Source of the DNA: Elusimicrobiota bacterium
GTDB lineage: Bacteria > Elusimicrobiota > Endomicrobiia > Endomicrobiales > Endomicrobiaceae
DNA length: 64,000 nucleotides
Assembly (NCBI GenBank): GCA_017528425.1
Contig: JAFXOV010000003.1
Coordinates: 25,174-89,173, forward strand
Direction of reading: 5' to 3'
A program made the translations under genes and the position numbers. Positions 56,982 through 64,000 of the stretch are shown piece after piece (within the stretch, counting starts at the first letter, position 1; each line of letters begins with the position of its first letter). The notes beneath the pieces were generated by a model. It ran no database searches and was not told the origin of the DNA. It saw only the letters and a list, made by a program, of their open reading frames with translations.

Positions 56982-57124
56982 GATTAAAATCCTATTAAAA
57001 TCAATATATAGATATTCTATTAATTTTATTAAAAAATAACTAAATAATCAATAAAGATTATCCTTATAAAATTACATATATTTGTTAGACAAAACAGGAT
57101 ACATAAAAGTTTCAAAAATAAAAC

Positions 57125-57158
57125 AAAAAAAGGGAGATGATTTTTATAATCATCTCCC
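57125..57158 (-). terminator. Rho-independent terminator after rpoD
   Basis: A perfect 11-bp stem, GGGAGATGATT (57132-57142) and AATCATCTCCC (57148-57158), with a 5-nt loop. On the minus strand it is followed by T7 (57125-57131). Confidence 0.7.
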
Positions 57159-57178
57159 CTTAAATATTATCCGTAAAA

Positions 57179-58921
57179 TTAGCTTAAATATTCCTTTAAC
57201 GACTTACATTTGCTCGGATGTCTGAGCTTTCTTATAGCTTTTGCTTCGATTTGTCTTACTCTTTCCCTTGTAACACCGAACTTTTTACCTACTTCTTCAA
57301 GAGTGGAAGGATAACCTATTCCTATACCGTATCTTAATCTTATTATTTCGGATTCTCTCGGTGTTAAAGTATTCAGAACTTTTTCCAATTCCAACTGTAA
57401 TCTGTACTGATATGTTTTAGTTACGGGATTCGGACTGTTTTGATCTTCTATAAAATCTTCCAACTTAGAATCCTCTTCCTCTCCTACAGGTGTAGCAAGA
57501 GATACAGGTTCCTGCATCATTTTCAAAATCTTTCTTACTCTGTCGGTAGACATTTTCAAGAATTTACTGTACTCTTCTATTAACGGTTCTCTACCCTGTT
57601 CCTGTTGGAATTTTTTCTTTAATTTCGTTAATTTTGAAATTAATTCTTTCATATGAACAGGAATTCTTATTGTTCTTGCCTGATCTGCGATTGCTCTGTT
57701 AATGGATTGTCTTATCCACCATGTGGCATAAGTTGAAAATTTAAAACCTCTTTTCCATTCGAACTTTTCAACAGCTTTTGACAAACCTAAATTTCCTTCC
57801 TGTATCAAGTCTGAAAGCTCCAAATTGCTTATTCCGACATGTTTTTTTGCTATGGAAACAACCAATCTGAAATTTGCTTCTATCAATTTCATTTTATCTC
57901 TGTGAATTAACTCTTCCAAATCTCTTATTTTTCTGTCTGTTTCTATCAACTCTTTCGGAGTTATGGAAATTCCTTCTTTAATATGCGTTTGTTTTGAAAC
58001 CAAACTTTGAATATGTTCGATATTTTCCGCCATATTCACTGCTACAAGTCCGCCTGTCATTTTTTTGAAATTTGCAGCGGTTATTTTTCCGGAAACATAC
58101 TGTCTGTACAATGTCTGTAACTTTGATACAGGCATCTTATACTTTCTTTCCATTCTTTCGAGTTCGGAATTTATTTCGTTCAATTTGTTTGCGGTTGTCT
58201 TTATTTTATTTATAAGTCTTTTTATCTTATCCTGATTAAGGTTAAGACCTACTATCAAAGAAATTATTTCTGCTCTTATTGCTTGTCTTTTGGTTTCAAG
58301 TTTTAATTTTTCTTTTTGTGACAAACCCCTTTGTTTTGCTTTCAAATCTATCTTTGCAATATTTTTTTCAAGCTGTCCTATCCTTTGAACGGTTTGTTTA
58401 ACTTTTATTCTCATATTTCTAAGCTGAGTAGTAGATTTTCTTCCTCTTGGCATAAGCTCTTTAGGAGTCATTTCTTCCTGTTCTATCAATGTATCCCAGC
58501 TTTTTATTTCTTTAATTATTAAAGGAGATTCCAAAACTATATGTGTAAGTTTTTTCTCGTTCTCTTTTACATTTTTTGCAAGTTCAACTTCAACATTTCT
58601 TTCAAGCAAAGGAACTTTTGCCATTTCCGTAAGATACATTCTTACGGGATTAATTTCTTCATCTTCATTGCTTTTTACGACAATATCTGCGGTTTCAGGC
58701 GTATTTTTCTCTTTTTTCGAAGATGTATTTGTTGTTACCGTAACGGAAGAACTTTTATCTACCATCTTTATGCCCAACTCCGCAAGTCTAATATAAAAAT
58801 TATCAAGTTTATCAGGACTTACATCTTTTTCAGATAATTTTTCATTTATCTGATCGTAAGTGATATACCCTTGTTTTTTACCCATTGATACTAAATCTTT
58901 AAACATTTCTTTTCTAGCCAT
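57179..58921 (-). CDS. rpoD: Primary sigma factor (sigma-70)
   Basis: 580 aa. Region 2 has [31 protein letters not shown]. Region 4 has [30 protein letters not shown]. Confidence 0.95.
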   Translation of the reverse strand: MARKEMFKDLVSMGKKQGYITYDQINEKLSEKDVSPDKLDNFYIRLAELGIKMVDKSSSVTVTTNTSSKKEKNTPETADIVVKSNEDEEINPVRMYLTEMAKVPLLERNVEVELAKNVKENEKKLTHIVLESPLIIKEIKSWDTLIEQEEMTPKELMPRGRKSTTQLRNMRIKVKQTVQRIGQLEKNIAKIDLKAKQRGLSQKEKLKLETKRQAIRAEIISLIVGLNLNQDKIKRLINKIKTTANKLNEINSELERMERKYKMPVSKLQTLYRQYVSGKITAANFKKMTGGLVAVNMAENIEHIQSLVSKQTHIKEGISITPKELIETDRKIRDLEELIHRDKMKLIEANFRLVVSIAKKHVGISNLELSDLIQEGNLGLSKAVEKFEWKRGFKFSTYATWWIRQSINRAIADQARTIRIPVHMKELISKLTKLKKKFQQEQGREPLIEEYSKFLKMSTDRVRKILKMMQEPVSLATPVGEEEDSKLEDFIEDQNSPNPVTKTYQYRLQLELEKVLNTLTPRESEIIRLRYGIGIGYPSTLEEVGKKFGVTRERVRQIEAKAIRKLRHPSKCKSLKEYLS

Positions 58922-60705
58922 TACTTTTTCCCCGAACCCTTAATTTGAGATGTTAGCTGAAGATATCTTTTTATTTTATCCTTATCGGATGCAATTTTAC
59001 CTTCAGTCATCAGCAATACTTCTTTTTCAAGTAACTTTCTTTCTTTTTTCAACTTTTCCAATTCTATATCTCTACACAAAATATTAAAAGTTTCGTAGAG
59101 CTCTATAGAACTTTCATCTTTTCTATTGCCGTCTTCGGCCGCTGTTTGTTCATTTACAATTGCTATTTTAGAGAACCACTGTTCTTGCTTTTTATCGTTT
59201 ATTTTAGACAAGATTTGCGGTATTGAGATATTCTCATTCTCTAACAGCATATTGTATATAGTAATACAATTACTATCACTGAAAAAATCTTTTTTTACTT
59301 TCTTTATATATTGTCTGTTACTTATATCCAACAAAAATCTTAATAACTTTTCTTCCAAAGATGTTTTTTGTTTGAAATCGTTTTTCTCTACAAACTTATC
59401 TTCCTGTATATTCGTCTTGAAAACGGTTTTTCTTTTAAACTCCTGCCAAATAACATCTTCTTCAATATTTAATTTTTGTGCAATGAATTTAACATATTCT
59501 CTTTGCACAATTACATTTTTATTCTTTTCAACAAAATCCAATAATACGGATACCGCTTTTGCTTTGTTTTGTGCCGTACTAATATCTATTTGCGATAAAA
59601 CTCTGTCTACAACAAACTCTATTGCCGTTTTAGAATTGGAATTTACCAAACTAAAAAATTTATCTTTCCCGTTTGCCAACAAATATTCGTCGGGATCTAC
59701 CCCTTCGGGCAAACTGGAAGTTTTTACCGCCATATTGTTTTCGGCACAAATTTCCAACGCTCTTTGTGTCGCAGTTCTTCCGGCATCGTCGGGATCGAAC
59801 AATAATGTAACATTATCGGCATACCTGTTTATCAGTTTTGCCTGTTGCGTTGTAAATGCGGTTCCCAACGGAGCAACCGCGCCCGAAACTCCGTACTGTT
59901 GAGAAAGAACAACATCCATATATCCTTCAACTACAAATATAGACTTCTCTTTCCTTAATTCCGGCAAGGTTTGATAAAGCCCGTACAAATTAGACGACTT
60001 TGAATACACAATTGTTTCGGGTGTATTCAAATATTTTGCTTTACTGTCGGCTAACGTTCTTCCGCCAAATGCAACAACCCTGCCTTGTATATCCAATATA
60101 GGAAATACAAGTCTCTCGGACATATATTCAAAAACACTTCCAAAATCGGTTTTGGTAAAAAGTCCGGCTTTTGAAAGTATGTCATAAGCATAGCCCTTTT
60201 TTTTCGCAGATTCAAGGAGTTTTCCTTTCGGAGCATAACCTATCATAAATTTTTCGATAGTTGCGTCGGTCATTCCTCTTTGTTTAACATAGTCTCTTGC
60301 AAAAGATGCAGCCTTTGTTTCCAAAAGACACCTGTTATAAAACTTTGCAGTCATTTCCAACAATTCGAAAATTTTTGTTTTTTCGGACACGGAATACTTT
60401 TCGTTAAAAGTTTCCTGTATTGTTATTCCGCTTTTTTCCGCAAGTTTTTTTACACTTTCTATCCACGAAATATTTTCAATGAGCATAACAAACTTAAAAA
60501 CATCACCGGCTACTCCGCAACCGAAACACCTGAAAATTCCTTTTTCAGGACTAACGATAAACGATGGTGTCTTTTCCGTATGAAAAGGACAACAACATTT
60601 AAAATTTCTTCCGGCCTTTTTTAAGTCGGGAACATAATCTCCTATTACAGAAACAATATCGGAGGCCGTTCTTATTTGTTCTATTACTTGATCCGGTATA
60701 GCCAT
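58921..60705 (-). CDS. dnaG: DNA primase
   Basis: 594 aa. Zinc finger [13 protein letters not shown]...CFGCG and TOPRIM motifs VVEGYMDV and LLFDPDDAG. It overlaps rpoD by 1 nt (TAATG). Confidence 0.93.
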   Translation of the reverse strand: MAIPDQVIEQIRTASDIVSVIGDYVPDLKKAGRNFKCCCPFHTEKTPSFIVSPEKGIFRCFGCGVAGDVFKFVMLIENISWIESVKKLAEKSGITIQETFNEKYSVSEKTKIFELLEMTAKFYNRCLLETKAASFARDYVKQRGMTDATIEKFMIGYAPKGKLLESAKKKGYAYDILSKAGLFTKTDFGSVFEYMSERLVFPILDIQGRVVAFGGRTLADSKAKYLNTPETIVYSKSSNLYGLYQTLPELRKEKSIFVVEGYMDVVLSQQYGVSGAVAPLGTAFTTQQAKLINRYADNVTLLFDPDDAGRTATQRALEICAENNMAVKTSSLPEGVDPDEYLLANGKDKFFSLVNSNSKTAIEFVVDRVLSQIDISTAQNKAKAVSVLLDFVEKNKNVIVQREYVKFIAQKLNIEEDVIWQEFKRKTVFKTNIQEDKFVEKNDFKQKTSLEEKLLRFLLDISNRQYIKKVKKDFFSDSNCITIYNMLLENENISIPQILSKINDKKQEQWFSKIAIVNEQTAAEDGNRKDESSIELYETFNILCRDIELEKLKKERKLLEKEVLLMTEGKIASDKDKIKRYLQLTSQIKGSGKK

Positions 60706-61661
60706 TATCTTCTAAATCTTCTAAATCCCGAGCATTCTATAAATTCTAACTGACCATACTTCTTTTCCAATCCGTCAAGCATCAAATTAATACCGAGATT
60801 ATCCGACGAAATATGGCCTGCCACTATGGCATTTATTTTATATTTACCCATTTCTTTATAATGCTTTTCACTGAAATGCATACCTACAATTGTCCCTACG
60901 CCTGCATTTGCAAGTTTTTCTATCATTTCTACAGGACCTTCGGTTCCGCCGGTCATATCTACAAAAACTTTACCGCACTTTGAATCTTTACTTCCGCACA
61001 ATATTGACGGACCGTTTCCGAATGTTTTTGCATATTTATATTCGGGAATGTCTTTTAAAAAGTCCATTATATCTTTCAAATATCTCGGTTTTAACTTATC
61101 TATGTTAGTTTGCAAATATTTTACTACATGATTATCGGCAACAGTGTGTGCAGTCATCATAGGAATATTTAAAAGTTTTGCGGCATCATATACTCTTTGA
61201 TGATTGCTTCCCGCAACACTTCTTCCTACCTCGTCTGCTCGTGAACATATAAGTTTTTCGGAAACATTTATGGGAACACCCTGCACTTCATTTATTTCCG
61301 CCTGCATACCTATAACCTGATAAAAAGTAGAAAATGCTTTTCCTTTCGGATGATGTCCTAAAACGACATCTATTTTCTTACCGGAAAGTCTTAACTGGTT
61401 AGCAATTAAAAGTTCCGGAGCTTCAATATCTATGCCGACCATAACGGTTTTTATTTCTTCTTCACCGGTTCCGAAAATTATTCTTGAATCGGCATATGGA
61501 TTCGTTAACAAATCGACATCAAATTCTTCTTTTGTTTGTTTATCGGAATTTTTATATTTTTCGTTTATTTCTTTTAATCTTGTGGTAACTTCATCTTTGC
61601 CGCGAGGATCATTTTCTATTCCTGCCTGTACAAAAAACTCATACATTTGCCTTAAATTCAT
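60705..61661 (-). CDS. Nif3-family dinuclear-metal-centre protein
   Basis: Motifs VVLGHHP, MMTAHTVADN and VAGHISSD. I place the start at ATG 61661 (MNLRQMYEF..) because AGAGAGG lies 6 nt upstream. The longer ORF start at 61703 would overlap the rpsU terminator hairpin. Confidence 0.8.
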   Translation of the reverse strand: MNLRQMYEFFVQAGIENDPRGKDEVTTRLKEINEKYKNSDKQTKEEFDVDLLTNPYADSRIIFGTGEEEIKTVMVGIDIEAPELLIANQLRLSGKKIDVVLGHHPKGKAFSTFYQVIGMQAEINEVQGVPINVSEKLICSRADEVGRSVAGSNHQRVYDAAKLLNIPMMTAHTVADNHVVKYLQTNIDKLKPRYLKDIMDFLKDIPEYKYAKTFGNGPSILCGSKDSKCGKVFVDMTGGTEGPVEMIEKLANAGVGTIVGMHFSEKHYKEMGKYKINAIVAGHISSDNLGINLMLDGLEKKYGQLEFIECSGFRRFRR

Positions 61662-61687
61662 AATAAACCTCTCTTTAACAAAAATGT

Positions 61688-61726
61688 AAACAAAAGGGGA
61701 CATTCACGATACTGCCGAATATCCCC
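61688..61726 (-). terminator. Rho-independent terminator after rpsU (internal to the rpsU / nif3-dnaG-rpoD arrangement)
   Basis: On the minus strand, GGGGATATTC (61717-61726) pairs with GAATGTCCCC (61696-61705). That is a 10-bp stem with one G-U and an 11-nt loop, followed by TTTTGTTT. Confidence 0.6.
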
Positions 61727-61764
61727 CTTTTTAATAAAAATTCAATAAACTTATCAACTATTGA

Positions 61765-61971
61765 TTATCTTGACCAATTGTTGTCCTTCATCATTTTGCG
61801 ACGAATTTTTCTTCTAGCTTCAGCAAGTTTTTCTTTTTTTATAACACTAGGAGATTTATAAAATTCTCTTTTTTTAATCTCTTGCATTATTCCGTTTCTT
61901 TCGCATTCTCTTTTGAATCTTCTGATAGCTTCTTCTATTGATTCGCCATCTCTTACTTTAACACTGACCAT
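61765..61971 (-). CDS. rpsU: 30S ribosomal protein S21
   Basis: 68 aa starting MVSVKVRDGESIEEAIRRFKRECERNG, with an SD AAGGTGGTG upstream. The 109-aa ORF in the track is an N-terminal over-extension into the hit gene. Confidence 0.9.
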   Translation of the reverse strand: MVSVKVRDGESIEEAIRRFKRECERNGIMQEIKKREFYKSPSVIKKEKLAEARRKIRRKMMKDNNWSR

Positions 61972-62009
61972 TGATTTTTTACACCACCTTTTTTTCCGTC
62001 TTAAATATT

Positions 62010-62351
62010 CTAACCCGGAGGCCAACCGAAAGTTCTGCCGCCAAGCAAATGATAATGAATATGAGCAACTGTTTGCCCGCCGTCTACTCCGCAATTATTT
62101 ACAAGTCTGTAACCGTCAACCAAATTGTTTTCTTTAGCCAACTTGCTTGCAACAAGTTGTATGTGGCCCAACAATTCAATATCTTCACCTGAAACATCGT
62201 CAAGACTTTTAATATGTTTCTTAGGAATAATCAAAATATGAACAGGAGCCTGAGGATTTATATCACCGAAAGCTAAAACTTTATCATCTTCATAAACTTT
62301 ATTGGTAGGTATTTCACCTGCTATAATTTTACAAAAGAGACAATCTGCCAT
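62010..62351 (-). CDS. Histidine-triad (HIT/HinT-like) nucleotide-binding protein
   Basis: 113 aa. Motifs CLFCKII.GEIP and the triad HIHYHLLGG. Confidence 0.88.
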   Translation of the reverse strand: MADCLFCKIIAGEIPTNKVYEDDKVLAFGDINPQAPVHILIIPKKHIKSLDDVSGEDIELLGHIQLVASKLAKENNLVDGYRLVNNCGVDGGQTVAHIHYHLLGGRTFGWPPG

Positions 62352-62389
62352 AAATACCTCAAAAACATATAATAATAACTAACTGAATA

Positions 62390-62418
62390 ATTATATATTT
62401 TTTTTACTAAAAACTCAA
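62390..62418 (-). promoter_or_regulatory. Candidate sigma-70 promoter TTGAGT-N17-TATAAT upstream of hit-rpsU
   Basis: -35 at 62413-62418, a 17-nt spacer, and -10 at 62390-62395 on the minus strand. A GAGGT SD lies 4-5 nt before the ATG at 62351. Confidence 0.4.
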
Positions 62419-62433
62419 TAATTTTTTATATAC

Positions 62434-62470
62434 ATAAAAAAAGAAACAATTTTATAAAAAAATGTTTCTT
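62434..62470 (-). terminator. Possible terminator after tRNA-Gln
   Basis: An 8-bp stem, AAGAAACA (62441-62448) and TGTTTCTT (62463-62470), with a long A/T loop. On the minus strand it is followed by TTTTT. The stem is weak. Confidence 0.4.
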
Positions 62471-62486
62471 TTCATTCATATAGAAA

Positions 62487-62557
62487 CTCCGAGACCAGGA
62501 TTCGAACCTAGACGAAGGGATCCAAATTCCCTTGTGCTACCATTACACTATCTCGGA
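62487..62557 (-). tRNA. tRNA-Gln (anticodon UUG), 71 nt, CCA not encoded
   Basis: Hand-folded cloverleaf. Acceptor TCCGAGA/TCTCGGA plus discriminator G; D arm GTGT-AATGGTA-GCAC; anticodon arm AGGGA-ATTTGGA-TCCCT; T arm CTAGG-TTCGAAT-CCTGG. Confidence 0.9.
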
Positions 62558-62563
62558 ATTAAA

Positions 62564-62848
62564 TTATATTGTTTGGTTTTCTGTTGCCGGTGCTTCCGCT
62601 AATTTCTTTTCATAAGCATCCAAAACAACTTTTTCCAACTCACTTCTAAACTCGTTTGTTATAGGATGAGCTATATCTTTGAAAGTTCCATCGTTCTTTT
62701 TTCTTGAAGGCATACAAACCATCAAACCTTTTTCACCTTTAACAATTCTCAAATTGTGAACAACAAATACACTATCGAAAGTAATCGCTGCATAGGCTTT
62801 TAATTTTTCTTCTGCTTTTGGGAAAATTCTAACTTCTGTTATTTTCAT
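62564..62848 (-). CDS. spoVG: SpoVG-family nucleic-acid-binding protein
   Basis: 94 aa. MKITEVRIFP......KAYAAITFD..FVVHNLRIV.G.KGLMVCMPSRK..DG.FKDIAHPI. Confidence 0.92.
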   Translation of the reverse strand: MKITEVRIFPKAEEKLKAYAAITFDSVFVVHNLRIVKGEKGLMVCMPSRKKNDGTFKDIAHPITNEFRSELEKVVLDAYEKKLAEAPATENQTI

Positions 62849-62860
62849 AAACGCCTCCGT

Positions 62861-63721
62861 TTATTTTTGCCTTTCGATTTCGAACGAGCTCGCAAGCCAC
62901 ACATTCCAGGAGTATTTTTTTAATTCATTTAAAATAAAATCTATATTTCCTTTATCTTGAACTAAACCAAAAACAGTAGCCCCGGAACCCGACATCAAAC
63001 TCGCACAGCCTAAATTTTCAAGAACTTTCCTAATTTGTTTTATTTCTTGATATTCATCAAATATAAAATCTTCAAACCTATTAAAAAAAAGAACTTTTGC
63101 TTCTTCAAAACCCAACCCTCTTTCAAGAGTTCCAATAATCTTACTAATTTTACGTGGGTTTGTCAATGGGAATTTTACCTTGGAATATGCATACGGAGTT
63201 GATACTCCGAAATTCGGTTTTACCAACACAAAATCGTAATTTAAATTTGTATTTATCTTCTCGACAACATCACCTATACCGGAAATTTTTGCAGTTCCCC
63301 CCGTCATAAAAAAAGGAACATCCGCACCTAGAGTTGCACCCAATAACTCCAAATTTTTTATATCATCATTTATTTTCCATATCTTATTTAAAGCAACAAT
63401 TGTTGCCGCAGCATCGGATGAACCGCCACCCAAACCTGCGCCCATCGGAATATTTTTTGTAAGTTTTATTTTTACTCCGGTTGTTATGTTGTATTTTTCT
63501 TTAACCTTTTTCGCTGCTTTATAAACAAGATTTTTTTTACTATCAAACAAATCAGCATTATCACAAACAAGTTCTATCTTATCTTCTTGAAGTTCGGTAA
63601 ACTCCAAAATATCAAACAAAGAAACAGTGTGCATAACGGATTCTATATTGTGATATCCGTCGGGCCTTTTATTTATGATTTCAAGATATAGGTTAATCTT
63701 GGCCGGAGCTTTCACTATCAT
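62861..63721 (-). CDS. ispE: 4-diphosphocytidyl-2-C-methyl-D-erythritol kinase
   Basis: 286 aa. APAKINLYLEI and the GHMP kinase motif PMGAGLGGGSSDAAA. Confidence 0.9.
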   Translation of the reverse strand: MIVKAPAKINLYLEIINKRPDGYHNIESVMHTVSLFDILEFTELQEDKIELVCDNADLFDSKKNLVYKAAKKVKEKYNITTGVKIKLTKNIPMGAGLGGGSSDAAATIVALNKIWKINDDIKNLELLGATLGADVPFFMTGGTAKISGIGDVVEKINTNLNYDFVLVKPNFGVSTPYAYSKVKFPLTNPRKISKIIGTLERGLGFEEAKVLFFNRFEDFIFDEYQEIKQIRKVLENLGCASLMSGSGATVFGLVQDKGNIDFILNELKKYSWNVWLASSFEIERQK

Positions 63722-64000
63722 TTTTTGCTTGCCTTAACAATTTTTGTATTTCAGGAGCTGACAATATCGACGATTTATTTAAATTACATACAGCCTTAAA
63801 TCTTGTTTGTTCCGCTTCGAAGGTTACACTTGAAGGAATTTTCGATATATCATTATATTTTTTGTATGAGCCTAATTTCAAAACAAAACTTTTTTCTTTT
63901 GAAAATTCTTTAAACATTCCTGTTTTAGAATCGATTTTGAATATGTACCCGTCATCACTTTTATAAATAACTTCATTGCCTTTTTGCGATTTCGTCGATG
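63693..64000 (-). CDS. Hypothetical protein, C-terminal part only (the 5' end lies beyond the window)
   Basis: The frame stays open from the window edge (..STKSQKGNEVIYKSDDGYIFKIDSKTGMFKEF..) through the 74-aa ORF in the track. It overlaps ispE by 29 nt. I recognise no motif. Confidence 0.5.
   Translation of the reverse strand, partial: STKSQKGNEVIYKSDDGYIFKIDSKTGMFKEFSKEKSFVLKLGSYKKYNDISKIPSSVTFEAEQTRFKAVCNLNKSSILSAPEIQKLLRQAKNDSESSGQD

Noticed and set aside
56982-57124. Promoter calls upstream of bamA (TTGTCT-N17-TTATAA or TTGATT-N17-TAAAAT)
   Set aside because: In this extremely AT-rich spacer several equally good hexamer pairs exist, so I cannot choose one from sequence alone.
59126-59902. 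A 258-aa plus-strand ORF inside dnaG
   Set aside because: It is an S/F/L/C-rich antisense product of the AT-rich dnaG C-terminal region. DnaG motifs are unambiguous on the minus strand.
61662-61703. The longer start (MSPFVYIFVKERFI...) for the Nif3-like gene
   Set aside because: The extension would be translated through the rpsU terminator hairpin and has no SD. The internal ATG at 61661 has AGAGAGG 6 nt upstream.
61972-62094. The 41-codon N-terminal extension of the rpsU ORF (109-aa version)
   Set aside because: It overlaps the 3' end of the hit gene in another frame. The S21 homology begins at MVSVKV (61971), which has its own strong SD.
1-64000. Mobile elements, prophage, toxin-antitoxin, restriction-modification, CRISPR-Cas or other defence islands
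   Set aside because: No integrase, transposase, recombinase, phage structural, methyltransferase/endonuclease pair or cas-like ORF was recognised. No direct or inverted terminal repeats flank any block. Gene content is core housekeeping plus envelope functions.

Overview
This window is a visibly AT-rich (by eye about 30% G+C, not computed), densely packed chromosomal segment of a diderm (LPS-making) bacterium. I found no integrase, transposase, phage, CRISPR or recognisable defence genes. Genes lie in three long co-directional blocks with many 1-14 nt start/stop overlaps: minus strand 26874->1, plus strand 27006->39469, and minus strand 64000->39466.

**Block 1 (minus strand)**
- tmk-holB-ricT(PSP1)-psd-pssA-leuA-leuC-tatA-tatC-rsmD
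- a Cas4-like PD-(D/E)XK nuclease, a secreted hypothetical, argB, a PHP phosphoesterase, a YfgM-like TPR protein, a GH57 glucan enzyme and a DUF1805 protein
- a complete MoxR/DUF58/VWA 'Bat' aerotolerance-type operon (moxR, DUF58, [880-aa Sel1 + coiled-coil protein], DUF4381-like, batA, batB, batC, batD)
- a partial secreted C39-like cysteine-peptidase-domain protein that the ORF track misses

**Block 2 (plus strand)**
- a COG1579 zinc-ribbon gene and an unannotated RNase P RNA (rnpB)
- a truncated dcw cluster (rsmH-ftsL-ftsI-murE-murF-mraY-murD-ftsW-murG) ending in surE

**Block 3 (minus strand)**
- ispE-spoVG-tRNA-Gln and hit-rpsU
- nif3-dnaG-rpoD
- bamA-lpxD-lpxC/fabZ-lpxA-lpxI
- a five-gene envelope operon: GT-C/TPR membrane protein, small secreted protein, orphan family-5 SBP lipoprotein, 1849-aa SprA-like giant outer-membrane protein, and comF

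**Most unusual observations**
- the giant outer-membrane protein operon
- a roughly 275-aa Lys/Glu coiled-coil insertion inside a POTRA domain of BamA
- the Sel1/coiled-coil gene inserted into the Bat operon
- the stand-alone secreted C39-like peptidase
- charged low-complexity modules that recur across envelope proteins

All functional calls come from motif recognition by eye. No database search was run.
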